64,000 nt of DNA. It comes from a virus. This document shows positions 1-9,313 of this stretch, piece after piece (the stretch's first letter is position 1; each line of letters opens with the position of its first letter). A program made the position numbers and the translations under genes. The stretch covers positions 32,001-96,000 of IMG/VR virus record IMGVR_UViG_3300036761_003567, one strand, 5' to 3'. Below the pieces are notes generated by a model. The model was not told the DNA's origin, searched no databases, and saw only the letters and a list, made by a program, of their open reading frames with translations.

Positions 1-761
1 CGCGGGACGAATTCCGAGAAATGCTCGACGACTGGCGCAATATCCAACCCAAGCTCGGCATGTCCGATGACGTAATTGTAGAGCTTGTCTTCGATCCGGA
101 CTGGATAACTCATGCCGTGCGGCCTATTAAACCTGTGCACCCACTTTAACCAGGGCATGCAAAGACACTTCCGACCCGCCTGTCTAAACTTCTCGTGAAT
201 GTAGCCTTCCTCGCCGCCGAAGCCCCTGAACCTCGGATTGAAGCCGAGCCACGCAGATTTCTTGCAGGAAAAAGCGCCCATCCCCTGCATCGGGATCTCT
301 TTTACGGCGCTGTCCAAGTTGTCTACGTGAACGCTATCACTCCAGATGCCCCACATCTCGCCACGCCAGACGGGATTGAAATGCGTCGCCACATATTTCA
401 AGTCATCGTAAAGCAGAGGACCTTGAATGAGATCCTTACACTCCGGATTTGCCTCGTAGAAGGCCTTCAGACTTTCTATGGCCCCCGGCGGGAAGAGGAC
501 GTGGCAGTCGCAGCAGAGTACAAAGTCGCCCCTGGCTTCCATAAAGACAGCGCCCTTCGCAGCCGCGGGGCCAGACCTGTTCATCAGGCGCATATATCTG
601 CCGTCGACGCTCTTGACGAAGTTTTCCGTCGTCTTGCACCCGTAGCTGTCGATGACCAGAATCTCCGTATCCTTCAGGTTCTGATACATCCGGAGGGCCA
701 TGATAGTGAAGAAGACGCCGTCATAATCGTCATAGACCGGGATGCCTATCGTCAGCTTCAT
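1..761 (-). CDS. Family 2 glycosyltransferase (3' end runs off the window)
   Basis: Manual translation from ATG 761 (not in the ORF track): MKLTIGIPVYDDYDG...EILVID...ARGDFVLCCDCH...GFNPRFRGFGGEEGY, typical GT-A motifs. Confidence 0.85.
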   Translation of the reverse strand, partial: MKLTIGIPVYDDYDGVFFTIMALRMYQNLKDTEILVIDSYGCKTTENFVKSVDGRYMRLMNRSGPAAAKGAVFMEARGDFVLCCDCHVLFPPGAIESLKAFYEANPECKDLIQGPLLYDDLKYVATHFNPVWRGEMWGIWSDSVHVDNLDSAVKEIPMQGMGAFSCKKSAWLGFNPRFRGFGGEEGYIHEKFRQAGRKCLCMPWLKWVHRFNRPHGMSYPVRIEDKLYNYVIGHAELGLDIAPVVEHFSEFVP

Positions 762-768
762 ACGATAG

Positions 769-2226
769 TTACGGTTGAGGCGTGGTAGACGACGACGTTG
801 AAGATGAACTCGAAGTTGGCCTTCGTGTCGAGGACGAGGATGAGGTCCTGTAGCTCATGCCGCTACCCGAAGTATAGCTTCCGCCCTTTTCAACGAACGC
901 AGGAATGACGGCGCCCCTTTCCGGAGGTATGAAGTCGCCCTGGATGCCGCAGGGCCCGTCGCCCACGTTCGGGCACCAGAAGAATTCCGCCTGGCAGCAT
1001 TGTTCCGGCGGCGGCGGGTCCAACAGGATCTCGAATGGGAGCGGCGTCTCGGCATTCGTAAACCAGTCGAACGTGAAGGACTGATAGTGTGCCAGGTCGA
1101 CGCAGCAGGATGCTGGTTGCCAATTCGGCAGATCCAGGGGCGGCGGCGTGAAGTCAGGCGGCGCGAAGAGGAACGACCAGATCGGCTTGCAGGACTTCAT
1201 GGTTACGGCAACGGCACAGAAGAGCGCTTCCCGGATGCCGCCAATGGGCATCGAATTAGACGATGGCGAGAGGTCGCTGACGCAGATGTCCCTCGGAAGC
1301 GTAGCCTTGACGAGGTACATCGTGCTCGAGATGGGCGATTTCCGCATTGATATGACGGCAGAAGTCGCCTTGATCGAGGCGTCATCAAAGAAACTCGTAA
1401 CGACTTCCAGGAAGCGAGTTCCGTCCTGTCCCGCCTGCCCTTTTGCGCCCTTCTGTCTTGCCTTAAACCGCCAGTCAGTCAGATTGCCGATATTACCCGT
1501 GAGCTTGACGGTTCCAGTAACGGCCCCCGTGGCGAAGATGAGGTCGCTCGAGGGATCAACGCCGATTGTCTCATCAACGACATTCACGGTAGAACCGGTT
1601 CCGCCGAGTGGTACCACGAATTCAATTGCGTACTCCGAAGCCTGACCTGATCTGAACAGCCTAACCGAAATGTCGGTTTCGATAGGCGTACCAACTAGCG
1701 CGTCGATCTTGATCGTATCCGGCTGTACGAAGACTGGCGTCTGGAATTCTTCGGGCGCCGCCGGCGTTCCGTCCTTCCCCGCGTCGCCTTTCTCGCCCTT
1801 TGGACCCTTGCATCCCACGCAGCAGCGGCTCATAACATTGTGGAAGAGCCGTGCCTTATCGACCTCGATGCGGAGGTTGGTGGACCCGTCGTCCAGCTTC
1901 TCTACGGTGAAGGCAATGAGCCTGTCGGACGAATAGAAATAGTAATAGTACGGTGAGGCGCTGTCCGTCCTGATCTTGAAGGCTTCGAAGGACGTGCCCC
2001 CTTTGATGAGATCCTGGACGAGCTTCAACAGCTTATAGATGTCGGGGGAGACGAGGCCGGATTCCTGCTCGGTGACCACCTGAAACGCGCGCAGGAGACC
2101 CCTTGCGTTCCAAGTCTTCGTGGAGCCGTTATACTCGAAGATGTTCCCGAAGAGGTCGGCTATTGCGTCGCCGTCCTTCGGACTGAGGGGCAGCTTCCGT
2201 ACGAATGGTGGATAAATGGCAGTCAT
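769..2226 (-). CDS. Probable virion/tail-fibre-like protein with collagen triplets, Cys-rich C-terminal part and Ser/Thr tail
   Basis: GPKGEKGDAGKDG and GAKGQAGQDG triplets; ends SSSSSTSSSTTPQP. Confidence 0.55.
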   Translation of the reverse strand: MTAIYPPFVRKLPLSPKDGDAIADLFGNIFEYNGSTKTWNARGLLRAFQVVTEQESGLVSPDIYKLLKLVQDLIKGGTSFEAFKIRTDSASPYYYYFYSSDRLIAFTVEKLDDGSTNLRIEVDKARLFHNVMSRCCVGCKGPKGEKGDAGKDGTPAAPEEFQTPVFVQPDTIKIDALVGTPIETDISVRLFRSGQASEYAIEFVVPLGGTGSTVNVVDETIGVDPSSDLIFATGAVTGTVKLTGNIGNLTDWRFKARQKGAKGQAGQDGTRFLEVVTSFFDDASIKATSAVISMRKSPISSTMYLVKATLPRDICVSDLSPSSNSMPIGGIREALFCAVAVTMKSCKPIWSFLFAPPDFTPPPLDLPNWQPASCCVDLAHYQSFTFDWFTNAETPLPFEILLDPPPPEQCCQAEFFWCPNVGDGPCGIQGDFIPPERGAVIPAFVEKGGSYTSGSGMSYRTSSSSSTRRPTSSSSSTSSSTTPQP

Positions 2227-2426
2227 CAGTTTATCTTTTCAGGGACCAGTTCGAGCGTCCATCCCTTCTTGCGGCAATAGTCCTCGACCTGGCTTATCTG
2301 CCATCCGATCATGTACTTGACGATAGGCGGGGCTCTATGGACGACTTTATCTACCGAGATGCCAGCAGTGAAGTGAGGAGCCAGGATGCGGCACAGCACA
2401 AATACACGCCTCCCCCTCATCCGCAT
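2226..2426 (-). CDS. Small hypothetical phage protein
   Basis: 66 aa; stop overlaps the next start; APPIVKYMIGW...YCRKKGW. Confidence 0.55.
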   Translation of the reverse strand: MRMRGRRVFVLCRILAPHFTAGISVDKVVHRAPPIVKYMIGWQISQVEDYCRKKGWTLELVPEKIN

Positions 2427-2439
2427 GGGAGAAAGGCAG

Positions 2440-3085
2440 GATAAGAAAATCCTATCCCGCGAAAGACGTGAGAAGAGGAGCTGGCGCGGGATCTGATGAG
2501 GAGCCCAGGATGGCCCAGGCTATGTTCCCATTGTCCCCTCCGTACATGCGGCCACATGGTCCCAATGTGCATCGCACCAGTGGGTTTGTTCGGCCTGTAC
2601 GGCGCCAGCTCTTCTTCGTCACGTCCAGTTCTCCATTACGACCTTCAGGAAGGACAGTTGCCTCATGGCTTCCAGCAGCCGCCATGAGGGCAGTCCAGCC
2701 ATCCAGCCGACGGATGTCGCACTTCACGGTGGGACCCGTATTCCCGGCCACCATGACTCGGCAGAGGCCCTATCCGCAGCTCCCGCTGCAGGAGCTCTTC
2801 CATGCGTGCTGTACCGGGCTATGAGGCATTGAGTTCGCCCGGGGGCCTCCGTCCTGCCGAGATTCTACGATGCCGTCGTGGCAAAGGACCCGTCGCTTGA
2901 ACCGGCTTGTCAAGGTCAAGCCCACGCTGGCTTACTCCGTCGGTCTCATTCCACCGACATCTTTCAGCCAGCGCTCTTGTCCGCACTCCTCTGACCGGGT
3001 CGCGGGCGGACATGGAACGTTTTGGAAACCTGCCGCTTTCGCCCTCTTGTGGCAAATGCCCTTTTCTGGCGGCGGCGTCTCTTAT
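2440..3085 (-). ncRNA. Candidate large structured non-coding RNA or leader (~650 nt)
   Basis: No convincing ORF; many nested inverted repeats (2465-2487/2602-2625, 2757-2770/2843-2861, 2660-2669/2681-2689, 2925-2932/2966-2973); strand inferred from purine-rich loops. Confidence 0.55.
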
Positions 3086-3129
3086 ATACGTTTACACCGG
3101 CTACCCGCTTCCTCTCGTATTTCATCAAC

Positions 3130-3747
3130 ATGAAGGTGGAAGAACTCAAGTTTGGCGCGAAAGCCAAGGTCGTTAAGACGCTAGATGGCCTATCAGATAA
3201 AAGAAGATCTTCGTTTATAGGCCAAATCGGAGTCATCGTTGGCTTCTTTGCCCTAGATAACGCCATCGATAAAAAGACGAGATTCTCCGTCTCCCTGCGA
3301 TTTGATAACTCCTTAGGCATTGAAGAGTTCGATATGTGTGAGCTCGAACTAGATGCCGGTCCAGATGCCCTAATAAAAGCGATTGCAGAATTGGGCGGAA
3401 TCGAACAGAATAATAAGGTTTTCGTCGATGTGGCCGGTAAAGGCGATACGACGACAATTTCGAATGCTCTTGAGATAGTCCAGACTCAGCCATGGCTGGC
3501 CAGCGGAGCAATCCAGCCCATCGGAATAGCAGCTCAGCCCATCAAGCCAGGCGAGAGCGGATTCGTGAAGTTATTCGGCACTTTTGCAGAGGAGACGGAC
3601 CCTGAGAAATTAAAGAAAATGTCTGACCAATTCGGCTACGCAGGGGCTGTCGGCATCGACGGATTCGGCAACCCGATCGTCATCCCTCCGAAGCGTCCAC
3701 AGAAAAATAAGCCAGGCGAACTCGGGGAGAGAAAAGTCGAGGCATGA
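3130..3747 (+). CDS. Patchwork protein: SH3/KOW-like N-terminus, virion-like motifs, C-terminal PGELGERKV tag
   Basis: ATG 3130 just after GTATTTCA; VDVAGKGDTTTISNAL, IGIAAQPIKPGESGFV. Confidence 0.7.
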   Translation: MKVEELKFGAKAKVVKTLDGLSDKRRSSFIGQIGVIVGFFALDNAIDKKTRFSVSLRFDNSLGIEEFDMCELELDAGPDALIKAIAELGGIEQNNKVFVDVAGKGDTTTISNALEIVQTQPWLASGAIQPIGIAAQPIKPGESGFVKLFGTFAEETDPEKLKKMSDQFGYAGAVGIDGFGNPIVIPPKRPQKNKPGELGERKVEA

Positions 3748-3748
3748 C

Positions 3749-4030
3749 ATGCTTGGATGGTTATGGCGAAAGATAGTGGGGCAGCCAAGGCCTCTAGAGG
3801 TCAAGCTGACGCTCAATATTCCGCAAGGCGTCATCCACGTGAGGCATCACTTTGATAGAGAAGGATCCGCGGCTCAAAAGGCAGCGATACGACCAGGACC
3901 TGGGAATTCCCAAGGATCTATGGCCGATCCTTCTGCCGGAACCCGCGCGGAAGACTTGCCGATCGAATCGCTCTTCAAAGGCCAGAACCTCCCCGAAGTC
4001 CAGCTCGGCCAAGACACCGACGGCAAGTAA
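3749..4030 (+). CDS. Hypothetical protein upstream of the actin-like gene
   Basis: 93 aa, tightly spaced. Confidence 0.55.
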   Translation: MLGWLWRKIVGQPRPLEVKLTLNIPQGVIHVRHHFDREGSAAQKAAIRPGPGNSQGSMADPSAGTRAEDLPIESLFKGQNLPEVQLGQDTDGK

Positions 4031-4262
4031 GCCAGCACCAATAAGTATTTCAGATCCGATAACAAGAGCCCTGAAAGCCGAGGGCTGGACTCCTGGGAAT
4101 CTCAAGGTCATAAAGGACAGACACTTCGTACCGAAAAGCAAGATCGTAAAGGACAGGGAGAGGCAGGAACTCGTAAAGAAGACGGCTTATCTGATCACGA
4201 AGCCGCCGAGAGGCTTTGCAGAATATCAGAAGAACGTAGAGACCATTTTCAGGAGCGGTACG

Positions 4263-5267
4263 ATGGAACGCCTAGGACTTGATATGGGGACGAAGAACAT
4301 CGTCCTCGCCTATAAGAAGGACGGGCAGGTCTGCTTCCGTCGAGAGGTCAACGGATTCATTTCCGTGGTCAAGCAGGATAACTTCACCAAGGAAATGCTC
4401 GTCCAGTCGCAGGTTCCCTTCATCGAGCGGGACAAGGACTTTATCGCCATCGGCAGCAAGGCGGAGGACCTGGCCTACTCGTTCGGTAAGGAGCTCCAGA
4501 GACCGATGGTCAATGGAGTGCTCTCGGTCACTGAGCGGCAGGCGATGTCCATCATGGGCGTCATCGTGAAGTCCATCATCGGGAAGCTCAACGACGACGC
4601 CATCCTGTGCTACTGCATCCCAGGCCTGGCTATCAACCAGGACGTGAACGTCGACTTCCACAACAAGGTCATCCAGGCGATCCTGGCGTCCTTCGACGTC
4701 AAGGTCAAGCTCAAGGGAAGCTCGATCAACGAGGCACGCGCCATCGTCATCGCCCGCTCGCCGGACAAGGACAAATCCGGGATCGGCATCTCTTGCGGCG
4801 CCGGGATGATCAACATTTGCTACTGCCTCTTCGGCATTCCGGTCTACGAGTTCTCAATCGTCGGGGCCGGCGACTGGATCGATAAGGAATCCGGCAAGGC
4901 AACGAACGAGAGCCCCACGGCCATCGCCAAGGTCAAGGAGTCGCCAGAGACGCGGCTGGATGGCGGGATGCCCGCGGACTTCGTCCGCAGGGCGATCTTC
5001 CTGAACTACACGATCCTCATCGAGAGGATCGCCAAGAGCATCGCCGAGGGCTTCCGCAAGAACGAAGGCAAGGCCAGGGCGCCGAAGCCCATGCCCATCT
5101 ACATCGCCGGCGGGACTGCCTCCGTCGGCGGCTTCCTCGCGCTCTTCAAGGAAGTCTTCACGAAGCAAGAGATGCCGTTCCAGGTCGGCGAGATCTCGCT
5201 CGTGGACAAGCCGCTCTACGCAGTCGCCGAGGGGTGCCTCATCGCAGCCGAGAAGCACGAGGGATGA
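4263..5267 (+). CDS. Actin-like ATPase (MreB/FtsA/Ta0583-type fold)
   Basis: Phosphate-1 GLDMGTKN, connect-1 NEARAIV, phosphate-2 ISCGAGM, adenosine IAGGTA, connect-2 PLYAVAEG; AGGAG before ATG 4263. Confidence 0.85.
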   Translation: MERLGLDMGTKNIVLAYKKDGQVCFRREVNGFISVVKQDNFTKEMLVQSQVPFIERDKDFIAIGSKAEDLAYSFGKELQRPMVNGVLSVTERQAMSIMGVIVKSIIGKLNDDAILCYCIPGLAINQDVNVDFHNKVIQAILASFDVKVKLKGSSINEARAIVIARSPDKDKSGIGISCGAGMINICYCLFGIPVYEFSIVGAGDWIDKESGKATNESPTAIAKVKESPETRLDGGMPADFVRRAIFLNYTILIERIAKSIAEGFRKNEGKARAPKPMPIYIAGGTASVGGFLALFKEVFTKQEMPFQVGEISLVDKPLYAVAEGCLIAAEKHEG

Positions 5268-5289
5268 AAATCGTCCGTACTCATTGCGG

Positions 5290-5520
5290 AATGGCCCTGT
5301 GCCTCATTCGTATGGCCGAAAATGAGGCACGAACGGGGAGAAAGGCCATATTCATCTCGAAAGAGGCGTCCCTCGGACGGATGCGCGATTTCACGATCGC
5401 GGGAGGACAGCCGGTCCCCGGCGGGGAGGAGTCCGGGCCGGAATCCGTAGGTAGCCAGTGATTGCGCTGGCCTGATTGAGCGCCCCGAATCCGGCCATCC
5501 GTCCGAAGGACGCCTACTTG
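5290..5520 (+). promoter_or_regulatory. Structured 5' leader of the dnaE N-terminal gene
   Basis: 20-bp stem 5364-5383/5496-5515 with one mismatch; hairpin 5299-5308/5321-5330; inner hairpins. Confidence 0.5.
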
Positions 5521-5528
5521 GGTGATGC

Positions 5529-6878
5529 GTGGCAGACCCGACTGACCGAGACAAGCAAATCGAGGCGGCCGAGAAGGCCTACCCAGGCCCGAAGGACTTC
5601 GTCCACCTCCATTCTCATTCCGTATTCTCGCCATTGGACGGCCTTCCTGATCCTGAGGATTACGCCAAGGAATGTCAGCTCCGCGGATTCCCTGCTATGG
5701 TCCTGACGGACCACGGCAGCATGGGAGGAATTCCGGATGCCTATCTGGCTGCAAAAAGCGCGAAGGTAAAGTTCATCGCGGGCTGCGAGATCTACTTCAA
5801 CGACAAGCACCTCGAGTGGGCAGAGAAACAGAAGCTCGGTATTTCTATCGGCACCATCAAGGCGCAGGACGCAGAACTACGCGACGAATATGTCCGCAAC
5901 AGGCACGTGACCGTGCTTACGAAGAACATGGCCGGCTACAGGAACCTGGTCATGATGCTCACGAACGCCTGGGAAATCGGGCATTATTACAAGCCCAGGA
6001 TCTGGCTGGACATCATGAAGCAGCACCAGGAAGGTCTAATCATCCTGTCCGGGTGCCTGAATGGCCCTATCTGTCATTATCTCCGGAAGGATAATACGAA
6101 GAAGGCGATGGAGTACATCAAGAAGTTCAAGGACATCTGGGGAGATGACTATTACCTCGAAGTCCAAATGCCTGGTAAGGAAATCCCGGACGGCGTAAAG
6201 ACCTTCATCAAGCTCATGACCATCGCGAAGTCAGTAGGCTTCAAGGCAGTCCTGACGAACGATACGCATTACCTGAGGCGGGAGGACTTCCAGGTCCAGA
6301 AGCTCATGATGGCCATCGACCAGAAGCTGAGGGTCGATGACCCGAATCTCTTCCACGTGAATTCGGACGAGCAGTTCTATAAGACGCGGGCGGAACTAAG
6401 GCAGACTTTCCAGGAACAGGGGTACGCCTATGGCGGACACATTACCCTGAAGGACTTCGAAGCCGCCTGTGATAACGCGCTAGAGGTCGCCCAGAAATGT
6501 GAGGGCTTCAAGCCGGACACGAGCCTGAAGCTTCCGGAAGTGCCCGACGCGGATAAACAGCTCGTCGCCCTGACGCTCCAGGGGCTCCGCCGGATCAATA
6601 AGCATGAAGATGAGGTCTACGTCGCCCGTGCGAAGCGGGAACTCAAGATGATCATCGAGAAGGGCTTCAGCTCTTACTTCCTCATCACGCGGGATCTGAT
6701 CGCCCACTCAAGGAGCCTTGGCTTCGAAGTGGGGCCTGGTAGAGGCAGCGTGGGAGGCTCGCTCGTGGCGTATCTAATCCAAATAACGACGATAGACCCC
6801 ATCGTATTCAAGCTCAATTTTGAAAGGTTCATCAGCCCGTCGCGCGGCGGCAACCTCCTTAGGGTGACCATGTCATGA
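5529..6878 (+). CDS. dnaE: DNA polymerase III alpha (DnaE) piece A: PHP domain plus N-terminal palm
   Basis: FVHLHSHSVFSPLDG, LTDHG, GCEIY, YYKPRI, TNDTHY, GPGRGSVGGSLVAY, FERFISPSR; stops before PDID. Confidence 0.95.
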   Translation: MADPTDRDKQIEAAEKAYPGPKDFVHLHSHSVFSPLDGLPDPEDYAKECQLRGFPAMVLTDHGSMGGIPDAYLAAKSAKVKFIAGCEIYFNDKHLEWAEKQKLGISIGTIKAQDAELRDEYVRNRHVTVLTKNMAGYRNLVMMLTNAWEIGHYYKPRIWLDIMKQHQEGLIILSGCLNGPICHYLRKDNTKKAMEYIKKFKDIWGDDYYLEVQMPGKEIPDGVKTFIKLMTIAKSVGFKAVLTNDTHYLRREDFQVQKLMMAIDQKLRVDDPNLFHVNSDEQFYKTRAELRQTFQEQGYAYGGHITLKDFEAACDNALEVAQKCEGFKPDTSLKLPEVPDADKQLVALTLQGLRRINKHEDEVYVARAKRELKMIIEKGFSSYFLITRDLIAHSRSLGFEVGPGRGSVGGSLVAYLIQITTIDPIVFKLNFERFISPSRGGNLLRVTMS

Positions 6879-7492
6879 CACAGGGTGCCATTGCTCTGAC
6901 ATCCGTGCCCCGAGACGAAATTGTGGCCATCAAGGCCCTCCTGGGTCAGGCCGTATCGACGCTCCGCGTCCTGACGATCCTGATCGGAAGCCCGAAGGAC
7001 TCCCCGAAAGAGAACGCGACCAAGATGGTCGGGCTCCTAGCCGTGTGGCCAGACATCGCGGACGAGTTTGCTGACGTCGTCCTCCAGCGGACCACCGTCC
7101 CAAACAACGCGGGTCAGACGACGCACAAGCTCATGCGCCGGATCGCGGATATCACGCTAGAGCCTCTAAAGGCTGCATTCGACGTCCTCCGCGACAGATA
7201 CAAGGACAGCCCTATCGTCGTCACTACGAACGACGAGCTCAAGACGAAGATCCTTTCGGCGCAATTTCCGACGCCGGAAGGACTGGTAGAGCCATTCGTC
7301 GATCGGGAGACCGACGGGTATCCTGAGGCGACTTCCGGCGTGCAGACCGTCGAGTCCGTCCGGAACGTACGCAGAGCCTATCTGGAAGCCATCGCCCGTG
7401 TCGTCCTCTGGGGGACTAGCAAGGATCCCCTAAAGGCGAACGAGGATGCGAGGCCGGCCTACGACGAGATCATGAAAGAGGTGAGAATATGA
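6875..7492 (+). CDS. Hypothetical protein within the dnaE locus
   Basis: 205 aa, ATGA coupling. Confidence 0.7.
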   Translation: MTQGAIALTSVPRDEIVAIKALLGQAVSTLRVLTILIGSPKDSPKENATKMVGLLAVWPDIADEFADVVLQRTTVPNNAGQTTHKLMRRIADITLEPLKAAFDVLRDRYKDSPIVVTTNDELKTKILSAQFPTPEGLVEPFVDRETDGYPEATSGVQTVESVRNVRRAYLEAIARVVLWGTSKDPLKANEDARPAYDEIMKEVRI

Positions 7493-7929
7493 GCTTGAAG
7501 CCGATGATCTATCTGGCTGCCTTCTCGACTACGGGTAAGTCTCCGGTGAATGGGAAGGTGGACACTGGCGTAGCCGTCTGCGTAAAGGCCGAAGACGAGA
7601 CCAGGACGTGGCTTCTGCCATTCTGGTCGGCGACGATGAACCAGGCGGTGCTCATGGGGTTGAGGTTCGGCATCTTGGCGATCAATCCCAGGAACCGCGA
7701 CTTCCTCCAAGTTACCACGGATAGTCAATATCTCGGGAACGTGCTGGCGAAGAAGGGAGACAAGTACGGGTTCAATCCGGACTCGAACGTCGAGCTCATC
7801 AAAGAGGCACGCGACCTTTGCGCTACCGCAAAGGATATGACATGCTTGGTGTGTAAGACTGACGTACTCATCGCCGAGCTCCGTGAGAAGATTCGCGTGC
7901 TCGGCAAGAAGAGGCTGGCGAATGTCTGA
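7489..7929 (+). CDS. RNase HI-fold protein, probably inactive
   Basis: TDSQY retained; YTDG replaced by YLAA and TNNRMEL by TMNQAVL. Confidence 0.65.
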   Translation: MSLKPMIYLAAFSTTGKSPVNGKVDTGVAVCVKAEDETRTWLLPFWSATMNQAVLMGLRFGILAINPRNRDFLQVTTDSQYLGNVLAKKGDKYGFNPDSNVELIKEARDLCATAKDMTCLVCKTDVLIAELREKIRVLGKKRLANV

Positions 7930-8308
7930 TTGGCAGAAGATCGCCGAATTCGCGCGCAAGAAAGTTGCAACGCTTTCCAAGGAGCATGCGACCCGGCTTG
8001 AATTCGAGATCAAGGAAATAGACAAACAGGGCGCGAACGACTACTGGATAAACCTGCTGAAGTCCATGCAGAAGTTCGAAGCGAACACCAACGGCCTCGT
8101 CCTTCCATTCCTCCTGGGCATCACGCCGGTCGACCCGGTCGATTGTGAATATGTTTTCAAAATTGATGAGACTGGTGAAGAAGATGATATTATGCGGCTC
8201 GTGCTAGACAATGGTAAGACAATATCGGTACCATCACGAGCGCTGATTAAGACGATAAATGGACCCATAATCGCGAAAGATTTGAAAGTTGAAGATGAGC
8301 TGACGTAA
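7922..8308 (+). CDS. dnaE: DnaE piece B: degenerate palm segment plus N-intein-like fragment
   Basis: RLEFEIKEIDKQG..Y...LLGITPVDP followed by Hint-like RLVLDNGKTISV...TINGPIIAKDLKVEDEL. Confidence 0.7.
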   Translation: MSDWQKIAEFARKKVATLSKEHATRLEFEIKEIDKQGANDYWINLLKSMQKFEANTNGLVLPFLLGITPVDPVDCEYVFKIDETGEEDDIMRLVLDNGKTISVPSRALIKTINGPIIAKDLKVEDELT

Positions 8309-9157
8309 AGTTGTCACATGTTTTAAATCTCTCTCTGTCATAACGCCAAAAGAATGGCGTTTTTTTGAGCACCACCGGCGTAATGCGGGTAATTTTCTCT
8401 TGCAAGATAGCCACATTGCGACACCCATGCGGTCTAAATTATTAGGTTTCTTGCCGGATATATATTTAGAATACTTTATTTCAATGATTAGGCGCTTATT
8501 AATCAGTAAATCTGGGACCATGAAGAATTCATTGCACTCTATTTGTAATGGTTCGTATCTTAGCGAGTGGACATCGCCTAATGATGCAAGAAGTTTTACG
8601 GCCTTCGCTTCCAGGGATGACTTAACTCTAAAAAGACCAAATCTGGTACGTATCGTTTGCACACGCGGCGATGTGGCAACGTAGTGCAAAGCGCTTATCT
8701 TTGACAAATGCTTTCTGTAATCGCCATAACGCATGTTGAGCGTGGCAATTCTTTTCCTGTTTGATTTTGGATTTTGAATAGAATACGCAACGCCGTAACG
8801 CTTCCGATGCGTCTTAATTATTCTCTCCCAAACGCCTGGTAGTTGAGTGTTGTGCGTAACGCCCAAATGTTCTTTTAGGGATTGCCGATAACGCGCATAC
8901 CCGGATTTGCTCTGCATGTAGTGCTCAGAGCCGTACCGTGACTTAAAAGTTCGCCTTCTATGGTCATCTATCTGTTTGTATATAGTCCTTTTGTCCTTAC
9001 AAATTCCATGCCTCTTCAAGGCGCGAACAACAGATGAGGTGCCGCATCCGACTCTTTCTGCTATCTGTATCTGTGAGAGGTTTTGGTCGACATACGCGTA
9101 TTTCAGATATGAAGAATTGAGCCTCTCACGCAAAGTTGACGTGGATTTTCTACCCAT
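8234..9157 (-). mobile_element. Free-standing homing endonuclease-like gene (HTH, RYGV-type repeats, TnsA-like PD-(D/E)XK nuclease) splitting dnaE
   Basis: AT-rich and antisense; SSLEAK...RYEP...VPDLLINKRLIIEIK; N-terminal LSQIQIAERVGC. Confidence 0.75.
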
Positions 9158-9169
9158 GGGGTATATTTG

Positions 9170-9313
9170 ATGAAGATTGTTAAGATAAACATCATTCGAG
9201 GGAATGTCCGGAAAGTCAGCGGTGGTGCCTATAACGCCAGCGGGATCACGGTCCTACCACAAGTCGGAATCCCGCACCGCGTTGAGTACCACGCTGACCT
9301 TCCGGACATATAG
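9170..9313 (+). CDS. dnaE: DnaE piece C: C-intein-like fragment plus DLPDI
   Basis: Manual translation MKIVKINIIRGNVRKVSGGAYNASGITVLPQVGIPHRVEYHADLPDI* (below the ORF-track cutoff). Confidence 0.7.
   Translation: MKIVKINIIRGNVRKVSGGAYNASGITVLPQVGIPHRVEYHADLPDI

Noticed and set aside
2530-2730. Group II intron (GTGCG start and CCGTAC..GTACGG D5-like helix), RNase P or tmRNA
   Set aside because: D5 geometry is wrong, there is no interrupted gene or RT, and no GAGGAAAGUCC or tRNA-like ends are seen
3852-4262. 471-aa version of the actin-like ORF
   Set aside because: It overlaps 3749-4030 in another frame; the SD and fold start fit ATG 4263
8234-9169. Group I intron housing the endonuclease
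   Set aside because: The endonuclease is antisense and fills the gap, leaving no room for an intron core; the flanks look like split-intein halves with their own stop and start
9311-9313. TAG reassignment (alternative genetic code) to explain the dnaE break
   Set aside because: Read-through stays in a non-DnaE frame, and many genes end cleanly at TAG with tight coupling (e.g. 12903/12904)
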